This document shows, piece by piece, positions 1 through 10,326 of a DNA stretch of 64,000 bases; position 1 is the first letter of the stretch, and the number at the start of each line of letters is the position of its first letter. Origin of the DNA: an uncultured archaeon (GTDB lineage Archaea > Thermoproteota > Nitrososphaeria > Nitrososphaerales > Gagatemarchaeaceae); the NCBI GenBank assembly GCA_963799775.1, contig CAWCYD010000002.1, positions 96,001-160,000 on the forward strand, read 5' to 3'. Made by a program: the position numbers and the translations under genes. The notes under the pieces were generated by a model, which made no database searches, had not been told where the DNA came from, and saw only the letters and a program-made list of their open reading frames with translations.

Positions 1-842
1 GCCCATCTGGAACAGGAATTACGTAGACCACGTCCAGATCACGGCCGCGGAGACAGTCGGGATAGAGAGCCGGGGGGGCTACTACGAGCAGGCCGGCGTG
101 ATCCGGGACATGGTCCAGAGCCACGTCCTCCAGCTCGTATGCCTCACAGCCATGGAGCCGCCGACCGCTTTCAACGAGACCGCGATCCGGGACGAGAAGG
201 TCAAGGTCCATCGACGCCGTCCGCAAGCCGCGCCCTGCAGACGTGGTCTGGGGGCAATACGACGGCTACAGGTCCGAGTCCTACGTCGCCAAGGACTCCG
301 AGGTCCCTACCTTCGCGGCCCTCAAGCTCTACATCGACAACTGGAGGTGGGACGGTGTCCCGTTCTACCTCAGGACGGGCAAGAGGCTCGCGCGAAAGGA
401 CACCGAGATAGTCCTGAAGTTCAAGAGGATACCTCTGCTGCTCTTCCCGAAGGACAAGGATACCAGCCCCAACAAGCTCTCCCTCTCGATCCAGCCCAAC
501 GAGGGGCTGCACCTGCGTTTGAAGGTCAAGGCGCCCGGGCTAGGGATGAAGACGTCGCCTGCGGACATGGTCTTCCACTACAAGAGGTTCGGTGAGAACG
601 TCATACCCGAGGCATACGAGCCGCTGCTGCTGGACGCCATGCACGGGGATGCGACCCTCTTCGCCAGGGAGGACGAGGTGGAGACCGCCTGGTCGGTCGT
701 GGACCCGCTCCTGAAGCCGCGACAGAACGGGGAGGCGGTCCCGAGGATGCGCATCTACAAGCCGGGCTCTTGGGGGCCCGATGCCGCCGACAGGCTCATA
801 CAGGCCGACGGCCGCTCGTGGGAGCTCAGCGAATCGCCGTAG
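1..842 (+). CDS. zwf: Glucose-6-phosphate 1-dehydrogenase, C-terminal part (5' end outside window; frameshift near 205-240)
   Basis: [45 protein letters not shown] from base 2, then [45 protein letters not shown] and YKPGSWGP in the 243..842 frame. Confidence 0.95.
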
Positions 843-855
843 TCGAGTCCAGGAT

Positions 856-1524
856 TCAGGTCTCTGCTATCACAGTGCACGGCACACTGTCCACGCCGTC
901 CACGAACATGGGGGCCACGATGACCCTCCTCACGTCGTGAGGGTATCGGGCCAGGTGCATGTCCTCGACGATGAAGAAGTCCCTCCCGGTCAGCAGCTTC
1001 CTGTGGGAGCCTCGTCCCTCCTCCCTGTGAACGACGGAGCTGAGTGAGATGGCGTCGAGGCCCAGCGCCTTGAGCCCCCGGAAACGAGTCAGATAGCTCG
1101 CGGCATCGACGGAGAACCCCGGGTTCTGGGTCGAGAACTTCTTCGGGTCGGAGCTCCGGTAGCGCTCGAATCCGGTCCTTACGAGGAGCATGTCGCTCTT
1201 GCCTATCTCTTCCTCGAACCTTTCCAGGTCGCCGGGGAGGACGAGCTCCCCCTCGGCCTTTGGGACGTCAACCAGCAGGGGAGAGTCGAAGACAAGGTCC
1301 TCGGGGGAATACGACGCGATGGGCCTTCCTGCCTCGCTGAAGTGTCTGGGCGCGTCGATGTGGGTCCCAAGGTGGCAGGGCAGGGATATCCAGTAGTTGT
1401 TGCTGCTCCCACCCGTCGCGATCTCCTTGATCGCGTTGATCCGCATGCCCTCGCCCCCAGCGAAGGCGGGCGTGGATGTGCTGAGATGATGAGAGAGCAG
1501 CGTCAGCATGTCCGCAGGGCTCAT
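856..1524 (-). CDS. Cyclase-family (kynurenine formamidase-like) metal hydrolase
   Basis: HLGTHIDAPRHF motif (HxGTHxDxPxH), LLVRTG, GLDAIS, IVED. Confidence 0.85.
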   Translation of the reverse strand: MSPADMLTLLSHHLSTSTPAFAGGEGMRINAIKEIATGGSSNNYWISLPCHLGTHIDAPRHFSEAGRPIASYSPEDLVFDSPLLVDVPKAEGELVLPGDLERFEEEIGKSDMLLVRTGFERYRSSDPKKFSTQNPGFSVDAASYLTRFRGLKALGLDAISLSSVVHREEGRGSHRKLLTGRDFFIVEDMHLARYPHDVRRVIVAPMFVDGVDSVPCTVIAET

Positions 1525-1576
1525 GTCTCCTCCTCATAGATAAGACGATTGACCCGCAGACGCTTGATGCGGCGCG

Positions 1577-3397
1577 CTATCGAGCGCCTTCGGACGACGG
1601 GTTCTGGGTCGGGCGACCCACCGCCGGCATCGCCGTAAGCTCAGGCGTCTCCTGCGGCAGCGCTCCCTTGATGCGCAGCTTCGAGTAAAGGCGGCTGACA
1701 TAGTCGTCCACCATCCGGTAGCAACTGAAGTTGGGGCCGATGGTCGCGATGCTCCGTTTGGCGATCGTCCACCATTCGTCCTTGTTCTGGTAGTAGAGGG
1801 GCAAAATCTGGGACGACAGCTTGTCATAGACGTCCTGCGCGTCCTCCGACTCTGACGAGACGGTCGAGATGTCGTGCCACCCCGACCTCTTCCCTATGCA
1901 CCAGCCGTTCACGCCGTCGATCCCTGCCTCCAGCCACCAACCGTCCTGAGAGCTGAGGTTCAAGACCCCGTTAATCGCCGCCTTCATCCCGCTCGTCCCG
2001 CACGCCTCGAGGGGCCTCCTCGGGCTGTTGAGCCAGACGTCGCACCCTGCGACCAGGGCCCTCGCAGTGTCGATGTCATAGTCCTCGAGGTAGACGAGCC
2101 TCACGTCTGGCGACGCCTTCTCCAACTGCTCCCCCTTGTCCAGGATGTCTCTCAGCATCCCCTTGCCGACGTCATCGGCAGGGTGGGTCTTCCCGGAGAA
2201 GATCAGCTGGATCTTGCCGTGCCTGCTCGCTAGCTCGATCAGCCTCTCGGGGTTCCTCAAGATTAGATTGTTGCTCTTGTAGGCGGTGACCCTCTTCGCT
2301 TGCCCAATGGTCAGCGCGTCCTTCTCGAGCCGTATTCCAGTCCTGTCTCTCACCAGCCCGAGCATCTCTGCCTTGGCTGCTTGGTGTGCGCTCGCGAGCT
2401 CTTCGGAGGGCAGAGTGAGCGCCCCGCCCAGGAGCGATGGGCTCTCTTCCCATCCAGGGGTGTGCCTGTCGTATACCCTCCTCAGCTCGGCGTGGACCCA
2501 ACGGAGGTGGTTCACCCCGTTGGTCACGTACTCTATCCCCTTGTGGCGCAGTATGCTCTCTGCCACGAACCTGTGCTTCAGGGAGACCGCGTTCGTGAGC
2601 CCGCTGTAATGGAGCGCCAGCCTCGAAAGGTTGATCCTTCCGTCTTCCGCCTCCGAATCCCAGTCCATCCCGTGCGCGCGCTGGAACGCCTGCTTCACCA
2701 TCGCTACAGGGAATATGTCGATTCCGGCCGGGACGGGAGTGTGGGTGGTGAAGACCACCCTCTTCCTCACCTCTTCCCTGGACTTGTGCTCCCTCATCAG
2801 CTCGCTCGAGACAAGCGCCGCATGTCCCTCATGGAGGTGATAGATGTCAACATGATATGCCAGGGCTTTCAGCATCCTGTATCCGCCCACGCCCAACACC
2901 GTCTCCTGCGAGAGGCGATGCCATAGGTCTCCGCCGTAGAGCCTGTCCGTGATCATTCGTCCTTCCTCGTCGTTCTCCGGAAGGTCCGTGTGGAGGAAGA
3001 TCACCGGGACGTCAACCTTTCCTCTTATGACGCTCCCCCACGCGCCGACCCAGACCGTCTTCTCGTTGAGCTCGACGGGCACCTTGCTCTTCAATGGAGA
3101 GAGGAACCTGGCCGGCTCGAAGCTGGCGTCGGAGTCGATCTGCCCAGCGTTCCTGTCGAGTTTCTGTCGCGTGTAGCCCTTCCGATACAAGAGAGAGACG
3201 AAGACAGCCGGGACTCCCTTCTCGGCCAAGGAGAAGGCGTAATCCCCCGCGAGTATCCCTAATCCTCCACTGTAAGTGGGAATCTCGCTTCGAAGGCCTA
3301 TTTCCATCACAAAGTTGGCTACTCTAGTGGGTTCCAGTGGCTTGCACGCATCCGTGTAGGCGCTGAGGAGGCTCGCGCCTTCGTCGTCTTTAAACAT
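1577..3397 (-). CDS. glgP: Alpha-glucan (glycogen/maltodextrin) phosphorylase, GT35
   Basis: PTYSGGLGILAGD, ITDRLYGGD, FTTHTPVPAG, PLP-lysine motif EACGTSGMKAAINGV, DGWWLE. Confidence 0.95.
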   Translation of the reverse strand: MFKDDEGASLLSAYTDACKPLEPTRVANFVMEIGLRSEIPTYSGGLGILAGDYAFSLAEKGVPAVFVSLLYRKGYTRQKLDRNAGQIDSDASFEPARFLSPLKSKVPVELNEKTVWVGAWGSVIRGKVDVPVIFLHTDLPENDEEGRMITDRLYGGDLWHRLSQETVLGVGGYRMLKALAYHVDIYHLHEGHAALVSSELMREHKSREEVRKRVVFTTHTPVPAGIDIFPVAMVKQAFQRAHGMDWDSEAEDGRINLSRLALHYSGLTNAVSLKHRFVAESILRHKGIEYVTNGVNHLRWVHAELRRVYDRHTPGWEESPSLLGGALTLPSEELASAHQAAKAEMLGLVRDRTGIRLEKDALTIGQAKRVTAYKSNNLILRNPERLIELASRHGKIQLIFSGKTHPADDVGKGMLRDILDKGEQLEKASPDVRLVYLEDYDIDTARALVAGCDVWLNSPRRPLEACGTSGMKAAINGVLNLSSQDGWWLEAGIDGVNGWCIGKRSGWHDISTVSSESEDAQDVYDKLSSQILPLYYQNKDEWWTIAKRSIATIGPNFSCYRMVDDYVSRLYSKLRIKGALPQETPELTAMPAVGRPTQNPSSEGAR

Positions 3398-3517
3398 GTC
3401 GCTGCATGATTGTTACGAATCCTCTTATCGGGATGGTAAAAATCAGCAAGTAGATTTTCTGTGCTTCGGACGGGGGTTCTCACCCGGTTCGACGGAGACC
3501 CGCACCTCGCGGGACGA

Positions 3518-3796
3518 CTAGCCCTCTTCGACTACGTTCTCCACCGACTGGACCTGGATGACGCTGTATGACCAGATGAGCCCTCTTTCCTTCAGAGACT
3601 TCATGTCAAGGAGCTTGGGCCAGCTGAATCTGAGGTGCTGAGACTGGGAGTGGGGAATCAGGGTCCCGTCCCTCTCCATCCAGTTGAAGAACGTCTCGGC
3701 GGCGCGGACATGGACGATGTAGCGGTACTCGATGTCGGGCTCCTCCGACCCAGCCATCGATTCGACCGAACGTTCGCCGTAATCGTTTTGCTCCAT
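3518..3796 (-). CDS. Small hypothetical protein, paralog of 29562..29825
   Basis: Shares EYRYIVHV, RGLIWSYSVI and terminal EEG with 29562..29825; start taken at ATG 3796, with a TTAAA element ~35 nt upstream. Confidence 0.75.
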   Translation of the reverse strand: MEQNDYGERSVESMAGSEEPDIEYRYIVHVRAAETFFNWMERDGTLIPHSQSQHLRFSWPKLLDMKSLKERGLIWSYSVIQVQSVENVVEEG

Positions 3797-3846
3797 GCAG
3801 CAGAACGACCTGCAAACCATGGAATCTGGCTTTAAGGTTGCCCATG

Positions 3847-3953
3847 ATTCTACTAGAATGGCATCTGGAGGCGAGAACGATGCCCGCGCCGTTAACAATC
3901 TTCTAGAACTGTCCATCAAGGATTTTTATTCCGCGCAGAGCGAAATTTTGCTC
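3847..3953. promoter_or_regulatory. Palindromes in the divergent intergenic region upstream of the tre/glg operon
   Basis: ATTCTA-C-TAGAAT (3847-3859), TTCTAGAA (3901-3908) and near-perfect GAGCGAAATTTTGCTC (3938-3953), flanking a TTTTTATT element. Confidence 0.35.
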
Positions 3954-4050
3954 CCATGCCGAGCGGAAATTCTTGGCGCCGCGTCTCTGGCGGGGCGCTA
4001 GACCCCATGCGCAGCGACCGCGGAAGGAAATCCAAGAAGACTGTCGGCGC

Positions 4051-4713
4051 TTGATTCTTCAAGCGGTTCCCTCGACCCAGCTGGTCCCCGACCTAGACCT
4101 GGTCGCGTTCAGGATACTCGTCTTCGCCGTAGTCCTTCTCATAGCCTGGGCCGCGGGGAAGCTCGCGGGGATGCTCCTCGGGAGGCTAGTCGCCCGCACG
4201 GGAGGGGACGCCGTCCTTCGACAGACCGTCGTGGGGCGGGCCCTCCAAAAGTCAGGCTACAACGCCTACTCGCTAGGCAACTCCCTCACAAAGTGGGTGA
4301 TCTACCTCGTAGGCTTCCTCTACGCGCTGGAGACTCTCGACATCGACTTCGTCTCCGGCTCGGTCGCCTCCTTCCTCGCCTACCTTCCCACCCTCGTCGG
4401 GGCGCTCATCATCTTCCTGGTCGGCGTGATAGTCTCGGACTGGGTCGGTGAGCTCATCAAGAAGAGCGGCCCCTCGGAGGTGAGGGACGTGCTCTACCTC
4501 TCCGTCGTGGGGAACAGCGTCAAGGCCATACTCTACTTCGTCACGATAACGATAGTGCTGGGCCGCCTGGGAGTCGACGTGACCATCCTCAACGTCATCG
4601 CCCAAGCCTTCGCGTGGTCGGTGGCGATAGGCGTCGGCGTCGCCTCGGGACTGGTCGTGGGCTGGATTCTCAAGGACAAGGTAAAGAGCTGGCTTTCGAA
4701 CAACCTGTCGTGA
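4051..4713 (+). CDS. Multi-pass membrane protein of the MscS-associated TM-helix (CmpX-like) type, without an MscS cytoplasmic domain
   Basis: Repeated TM hairpins including FLAYLPTLVGALIIFLVGVIVSD and terminal AFAWSVAIGVGVASGLVVGWILKD; TTG start at 4051 assumed. Confidence 0.7.
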   Translation: MILQAVPSTQLVPDLDLVAFRILVFAVVLLIAWAAGKLAGMLLGRLVARTGGDAVLRQTVVGRALQKSGYNAYSLGNSLTKWVIYLVGFLYALETLDIDFVSGSVASFLAYLPTLVGALIIFLVGVIVSDWVGELIKKSGPSEVRDVLYLSVVGNSVKAILYFVTITIVLGRLGVDVTILNVIAQAFAWSVAIGVGVASGLVVGWILKDKVKSWLSNNLS

Positions 4714-4727
4714 GAGGTCGAGACTAG

Positions 4728-7700
4728 TTGGAGGCTTCCCCCTCGGACGAGGCGACGTGGTACAGGGACGCCATCATCTACGAGGTACACGTCAGGGCAT
4801 TCTACGACAGCAACGGCGACGGCCAGGGCGACCTGCCGGGGCTCACCTCGAAGCTTGACTACATCAAGGACCTGGGGGCTACGGCGATCTGGGTGCTCCC
4901 CTTCTATCCCTCGCCCCTGAAGGACGACGGCTACGACATCGCGGACTACACGCAGGTCCATCCTTCTTACGGATCGCTCAAGGACTTTCGGGACTTTCTG
5001 CGGGAGGCCCACAAGAGGGGGATCAAGGTGATAACCGAGCTCGTCCTGAACCACACCTCGGACCAGCACCCCTGGTTCCAGGAGTCGAGGAGGGCGGAGC
5101 CTGGCTCCGACGCCAGAAACCTCTACGTCTGGAGCGCGACCCCAGACAAGTACAAGGAAGCCCGGATAATCTTCAAGGACTTCTGAGAGGTCCAACTGGA
5201 CCTGGGACAGCGAGGCCGGGGCTTACTACTGGCACAGGTTCTACTCCCACCAGCCCGACCTCAACTTCGACAACCCGCGCACCCAGAAGCTGATGCTCGA
5301 GACCGTCGCCCTCTGGCTCCGCATGGGTGTCGACGGCCTCAGGCTGGACGCGGTCCCTTACCTCTACGAGAGGGAAGGGACCAACGGGGAGAACCTCCCG
5401 GAGACGCACGCGTTCCTCAAGAGGCTGAGGGCCTACATCGACGCCAGCTTCGAGAACAGGATGCTCCTCGCCGAGGCCAACCAGTGGCCCACCGAGGCGG
5501 CAGCGTACTTCGGGAACGGGGACGAGTGCCACATGGCCTTCCACTTCCCGCTGATGCCGCGCATGTTCATGGCAATCCAGATGGAGGACCGCTTCCCCGT
5601 CATCGACATCCTCGAGCAGACGCCTCCCATCCCGGAGAACTGCCAGTGGGCCGTCTTCCTGAGGAACCACGACGAGCTGACTCTCGAGATGGTCACGGAC
5701 GAGGAGCGGGACTACATGTATCGCGCCTACGGGCAGGACAAGCAGGCGAGGCTCAACCTCGGCATCCGGAGGCGTCTGGCCCCGCTCCTCGACAACGACA
5801 GGAAGAAGATAGAGCTCATCAACATCCTCCTCTTCACGCTCCAGGGCACTCCCGTCATCTACTACGGGGACGAGATAGGCATGGGCGACAACTACTACCT
5901 GGGAGACAGGAACGGCGTCAGGACGCCAATGCAATGGAGCGCAGACATCAACGCCGGCTTCTCCAAGACGAACCCTCAGAGGCTCTACCTCCCCGTCATC
6001 ATCGAGCCCAAGTACGACTACACCGCAATCAACGTCGAGAACCAGGAGAACGACCCTGCGTCCCTGCTCGTCTGGATGAAGCGACTCATCTCGACCAGGA
6101 AGCACTACAAGGCGTTCGGGAGGGGGAAGGCGGAGTTCTTCTTCCCCGACAACTGGAAGATAATCGTCTACACCAGGACATATGGCGAACAGGTCCTGCT
6201 GGTGGCTGCCAGCCTCTCGAAGCGCGCCCAAGCAGCCGACATCGACCTCTCGAAGTTCGAGGGCTACACGCCCAACGACGTCTTCGGCGGGATCCCCTTC
6301 CCAGACGTCGGAAAGACGCCCTACAGGCTGACCTTCCCGCCCTATGGGTACTTCGTCTTCTCGCTGACAAAGCGCTCGAGCCCCTCTGCGAGCGCACCTG
6401 AGAGGCCCATCCCCGAGCTCGGCGTCCTCAAGAAGGTCGTCGAGGTCTTCAGGGGCAAGGTGCGAGAGAGGCTGGAGAACGAGCTCCTCCCCAGCTACCT
6501 TCCACGAGCCCGCTGGTTCGCTGGCAAGGCCCGCGTGATCGAGAGGACCAGGATCAGGGACACGATCCCGCTCGACGCAGCCCCGGACTCGCCCTTCCCA
6601 CCCACGCTCGCCATCATAGATGTCTACTACGCCGAGGGCCTTCCCGAGGCCTACGTGCTGCCCCTGGCCTACGCCTCGGCAGAGAAGACCGCCGGACTCG
6701 TCGAAGGCAACCCCGCCTCCGTCCTCGCCAGGATAGCGCTGGAGAAGCAGTCCCCCGGGATCATCTATGACGCCATCCTGGACGCCTCATTCCGCGACCA
6801 GCTGCTCGCAACGATAGCGAAGAGGAGGAGCGCGAGAGGGACGCTCGGCGAACTCGCTGGGGCCCCCCGGCCCGCCCTGAATTCCGTTGGCCTCGACGGG
6901 CTGACCTCCCAGCTCCTGGGTGCCCAGCAGAGCAACACGTCTGTCGCCTACGCCGACAAGCTGATACTGAAGCTTTTCAGGAGGGTCGAAGAAGGGATCA
7001 ACCCCGAGGTGGAGATCGGCGACTACCTCACGAAGCAGTTCTTCCCGGCCACGCCCGCCCTCTACGGAGAGCTGCAGTATCGCCAGCCAGGCTCAGAACC
7101 CGCCACGCTCGCTGTGCTCCAGGAGCAGGTCAGGAACGAGGGGGACGCCTGGTCCCTGTTCACGACGGAGTATGCGAACTTTCTGGAAAGAGCCGTCTCG
7201 TACAAGGGGGAGAACATCCCCGAAATCGAGCGAGCAGGCAAGCCAGGCCCGCGATGGGCCCCCTGGACGGACACGTCAGCGGCCCTCAACGAGCTCGTGG
7301 GCCGTCCTTTCCTCGAGAAGGTCGCGCTCCTCGGCACCCGGACGGCCCAGTTCCACTTGGCTCTCGCCAAAGACACGGACGACGACGCGTTCAGGCCTGA
7401 GCCCTTCACCCAGCTCTACCAGGTCGCGCTGTCTCAGTCGATGATCAGCTACGCTAATCGGGTTCTCCGCCTCGTCGCAGCTCACCGGCCTCCAAATGCG
7501 ACGACCAAGGCCATGCTCGACCAGATCCTCTCGAACCAGGGTGTCCTCATGAGCCACTTCACGAAGCTGAGGCAGACGAAGATCGACGGGCTGCGGATAC
7601 GCATCCACGGGGACTACCACCTCGGCCAGGTGCTCCACACGGGGAAGGACTTTGATATCATCGACTTCGAGGGGGAACCCGCGCGCTCGATGACGGACAG

Positions 7701-8154
7701 GAAGATCAAGCGGTCGCCGATGAAGGACGTGACGAGCATGATCAGGTCCTTCCACTACGCGGCCTACTTCAACCTCCTCGGGCAAGGGTCGAAGACCGTC
7801 GTAAGGGGAGTCACCAACCCAGAGGTTTGGGCGGAGGCCTGGTACGAGAGCGTCTCCTCGGCCTTTATGAGGTCATATCTCGCGTCGTTGCCCGACACGA
7901 TCCTCTACCCCAAGGACCAGGCCGCCTTCGAGACGCTCTTCGACGCATACCTGCTCGAGAAGGCCATCTACGAGCTAAGCTACGAGATGAACAACCGCCC
8001 GAACTGGATGGTCCTTCCTCTCCGAGGGATACTGAGCCTCATCCCGACCCCGTCCTCCGCGTCAGGGACGCCCGCATGGACCCGTCGTCCCGTAGGAGAC
8101 CGGCACGACCCCGAGGCCACTTTATTATGGAAGATTTCTGGGAGACGCCTATAG
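4728..8154 (+). CDS. treS: Trehalose synthase (maltose alpha-D-glucosyltransferase) fused to maltokinase (Pep2/Mak); frameshift near 5184
   Basis: [60 protein letters not shown]; C-terminal [33 protein letters not shown]. An extra T in gac ttc T gag agg tcc explains the split. Confidence 0.95.
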
Positions 8155-8185
8155 GAACGCGGACGACCTCTTGGGGTGATAGACC

Positions 8186-10301
8186 GTGAGAGTATGGCCG
8201 GGAGCCCCCTACCCTCTCGGCGCGGCTTGGGATTCGGGCGGGACCAATTTCTCGATCTTCTCCGAGAACGCGACCGGGGTCAGGCTGCTACTATACGCCG
8301 ATGCTGCGGCGACGCAACCCAAGGAGATAGTCGAGATTAGGGAGAAGACCGGCCACGTCTGGCACGCCTATCTCCCAGACTGCCTGCCGGGACAGCTCTA
8401 CCACTACTCCATTGACGGCCCGTACGACCCGCAGAGAGGGCACCGCTTCAACAAGCACAAGGCCCTCGTCGACCCTTACGCCAAGGCGATATCAGGGACG
8501 GTGCGCTGGGACGACTCTGTCTTCGGCTACAAGGTCGTCGACCCGGCGGCCGACCTCACCATGGACGAGAGGGACTCATACGCCTTCACACCAAAGTGCG
8601 TGACGATCGACCCATCCTTCGACTGGGGAGACGACAAACCTCTCCACATCCCGTGGAACGAGACGATAACCTACGAGCTCCACGTGAAGGGCTTCACGAA
8701 GCTCAACCAGGAGGTCCACGGAGAGGCTCAGGGGGACGTACTCAGGCCTCAGGTCGCCGAAGGTAGTGAAGTATCTGAAGGACCTCGGAGTCACCGCCGT
8801 CGAGCTCCTCCCGGTACACGAGCACATCGACGACAAGTTCGTGGTGGACAAGGGGCTCACTAACTATTGGGGCTACAACACTCTGAACTACTTCACCCCT
8901 CACTCTGGGTATTCCAGCAGCGGAGCCCTGGGAGCCGTTCACGAGTTCAAGCAGATGGTGAAATCGCTTCACTACGCCGGGCTCGAGGTGATTCTAGACG
9001 TCGTCTACAACCACACAGCGGAAGGAAACCAGCTCGGCCCCACCCTCTCCTTCCGCGGAATCGACAACGCCGTCTACTACCGCCTCTCGCGGGAGAACCC
9101 CCGCTTCTACGTCGACTTCACGGGAACGGGCAACAGCCTGAACATGCGCCACCCCAACACAATACAACTCATCATGGACAGCCTCAGGTATTGGATCCTG
9201 GAGATGCACGTCGACGGCTTCAGGTTCGACCTCGCCTCGACGCTCGCGAGGGAGCTGTTCGACGTGGACCAGCTCTCGACGTTCTTCGAGGTGATCCAGC
9301 AGGACCCCGTGATCTCGCAGGTCAAACTAATCGCAGAGCCCTGGGACCTGGGTCAGGGAGGCTACCAGGTGGGGAACTTCCCGACCTTGTGGGCCGAGTG
9401 GAACGGGAAGTACAGGGACACGATAAGGCGCTTCTGGCGCGGGGACGAGAGCCAGGTCGGCGAGCTCGGGCACCGGCTCACCGGCTCGAGCGACCTCTAC
9501 CAGGACACGGGCCGGAGCCCCTTCGCGAGCGTGAACTTCGTCACAGCCCACGACGGGTTCACCCTGGACGACCTGGTGTCATACGAGAAGAAGCACAACG
9601 AGGCGAACAAGGAGGACAGCAGGGACGGCACCGACGACAACCTGAGCTGGAACTGCGGCGCCGAAGGCCCCGTCGCCGACCTGAAGATCAAAGAGCTCAG
9701 GCGCAGGCAGATGAAGAACTTCATGACCACGCTCCTCGTCTCTCAGGGCGTCCCCATGATACTCGGGGGCGACGAGATAATGAGGTCGCAGAACGGGAAC
9801 AACAACGCCTACTGCCAGGACGACGAGCTTAGCTGGGTCTCTTGGAGGATGGACGACGCGAAGAGGGACATGCTCTCCTTCACGAGGAGGCTGATCGCCC
9901 TCAGGAAGGAGCACGTTGTCCTCCGGAGGAAGAAGTTCTTCCAGGGAAGAAAGATCATCGGCTCGCTCAAAGACCTGATGTGGTACCAGCCCGACGGGAC
10001 CGAGATGACGGAGGAGACCTGGAACAAGGCCAAGGTCCACGCGATAGGGATGATGCTCGTGGGGCACGCGATCGACGAGGTGAACGAGCGGGGTCAGAGG
10101 CTCCTCGACGACACAATCCTCGTCCTCCTCAATGCGGGTCGACAGGCCATCCACTTCGTCCTCCCGAAGATCGGCGGCCGCTGGGAGATCGTAGTCACGA
10201 GCCAAGATCCGAAGCTGAAGGAGGAGAAGAGGACGGTCGAGAGCGGAGCGAGCTTCAGGCTCGAACCAGTCTCCTCTGCGCTCCTTCGAAACGTCCCTTA
10301 G
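8186..10301 (+). CDS. glgX: Glycogen debranching enzyme (isoamylase, GlgX/TreX); frameshift near 8720
   Basis: [65 protein letters not shown]. Confidence 0.95.
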
Positions 10302-10326
10302 GAGAAAAGGAAATCGTGAGCATGTC

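Noticed and set aside
3961-3981. Possible att-site copy of the tRNA-Ser 3' end (TGGCGCCG) bounding an integrated island
   Set aside because: Only about 8 bp match in GC-rich DNA, and there is no integrase in the window
5170-5200. TGA inside treS as possible selenocysteine/readthrough or programmed frameshift
   Set aside because: The stop arises from one extra base that shifts the frame; there is no slippery site, and similar indels occur throughout the window
5173-9832. Long overlapping alternative-frame and antisense ORFs (e.g. 5173..6231, 5484..6401, 8867..9832)
   Set aside because: Typical shadow ORFs of high-GC3 genes; Arg/Pro/Gly- or Val/Leu-biased with no motifs
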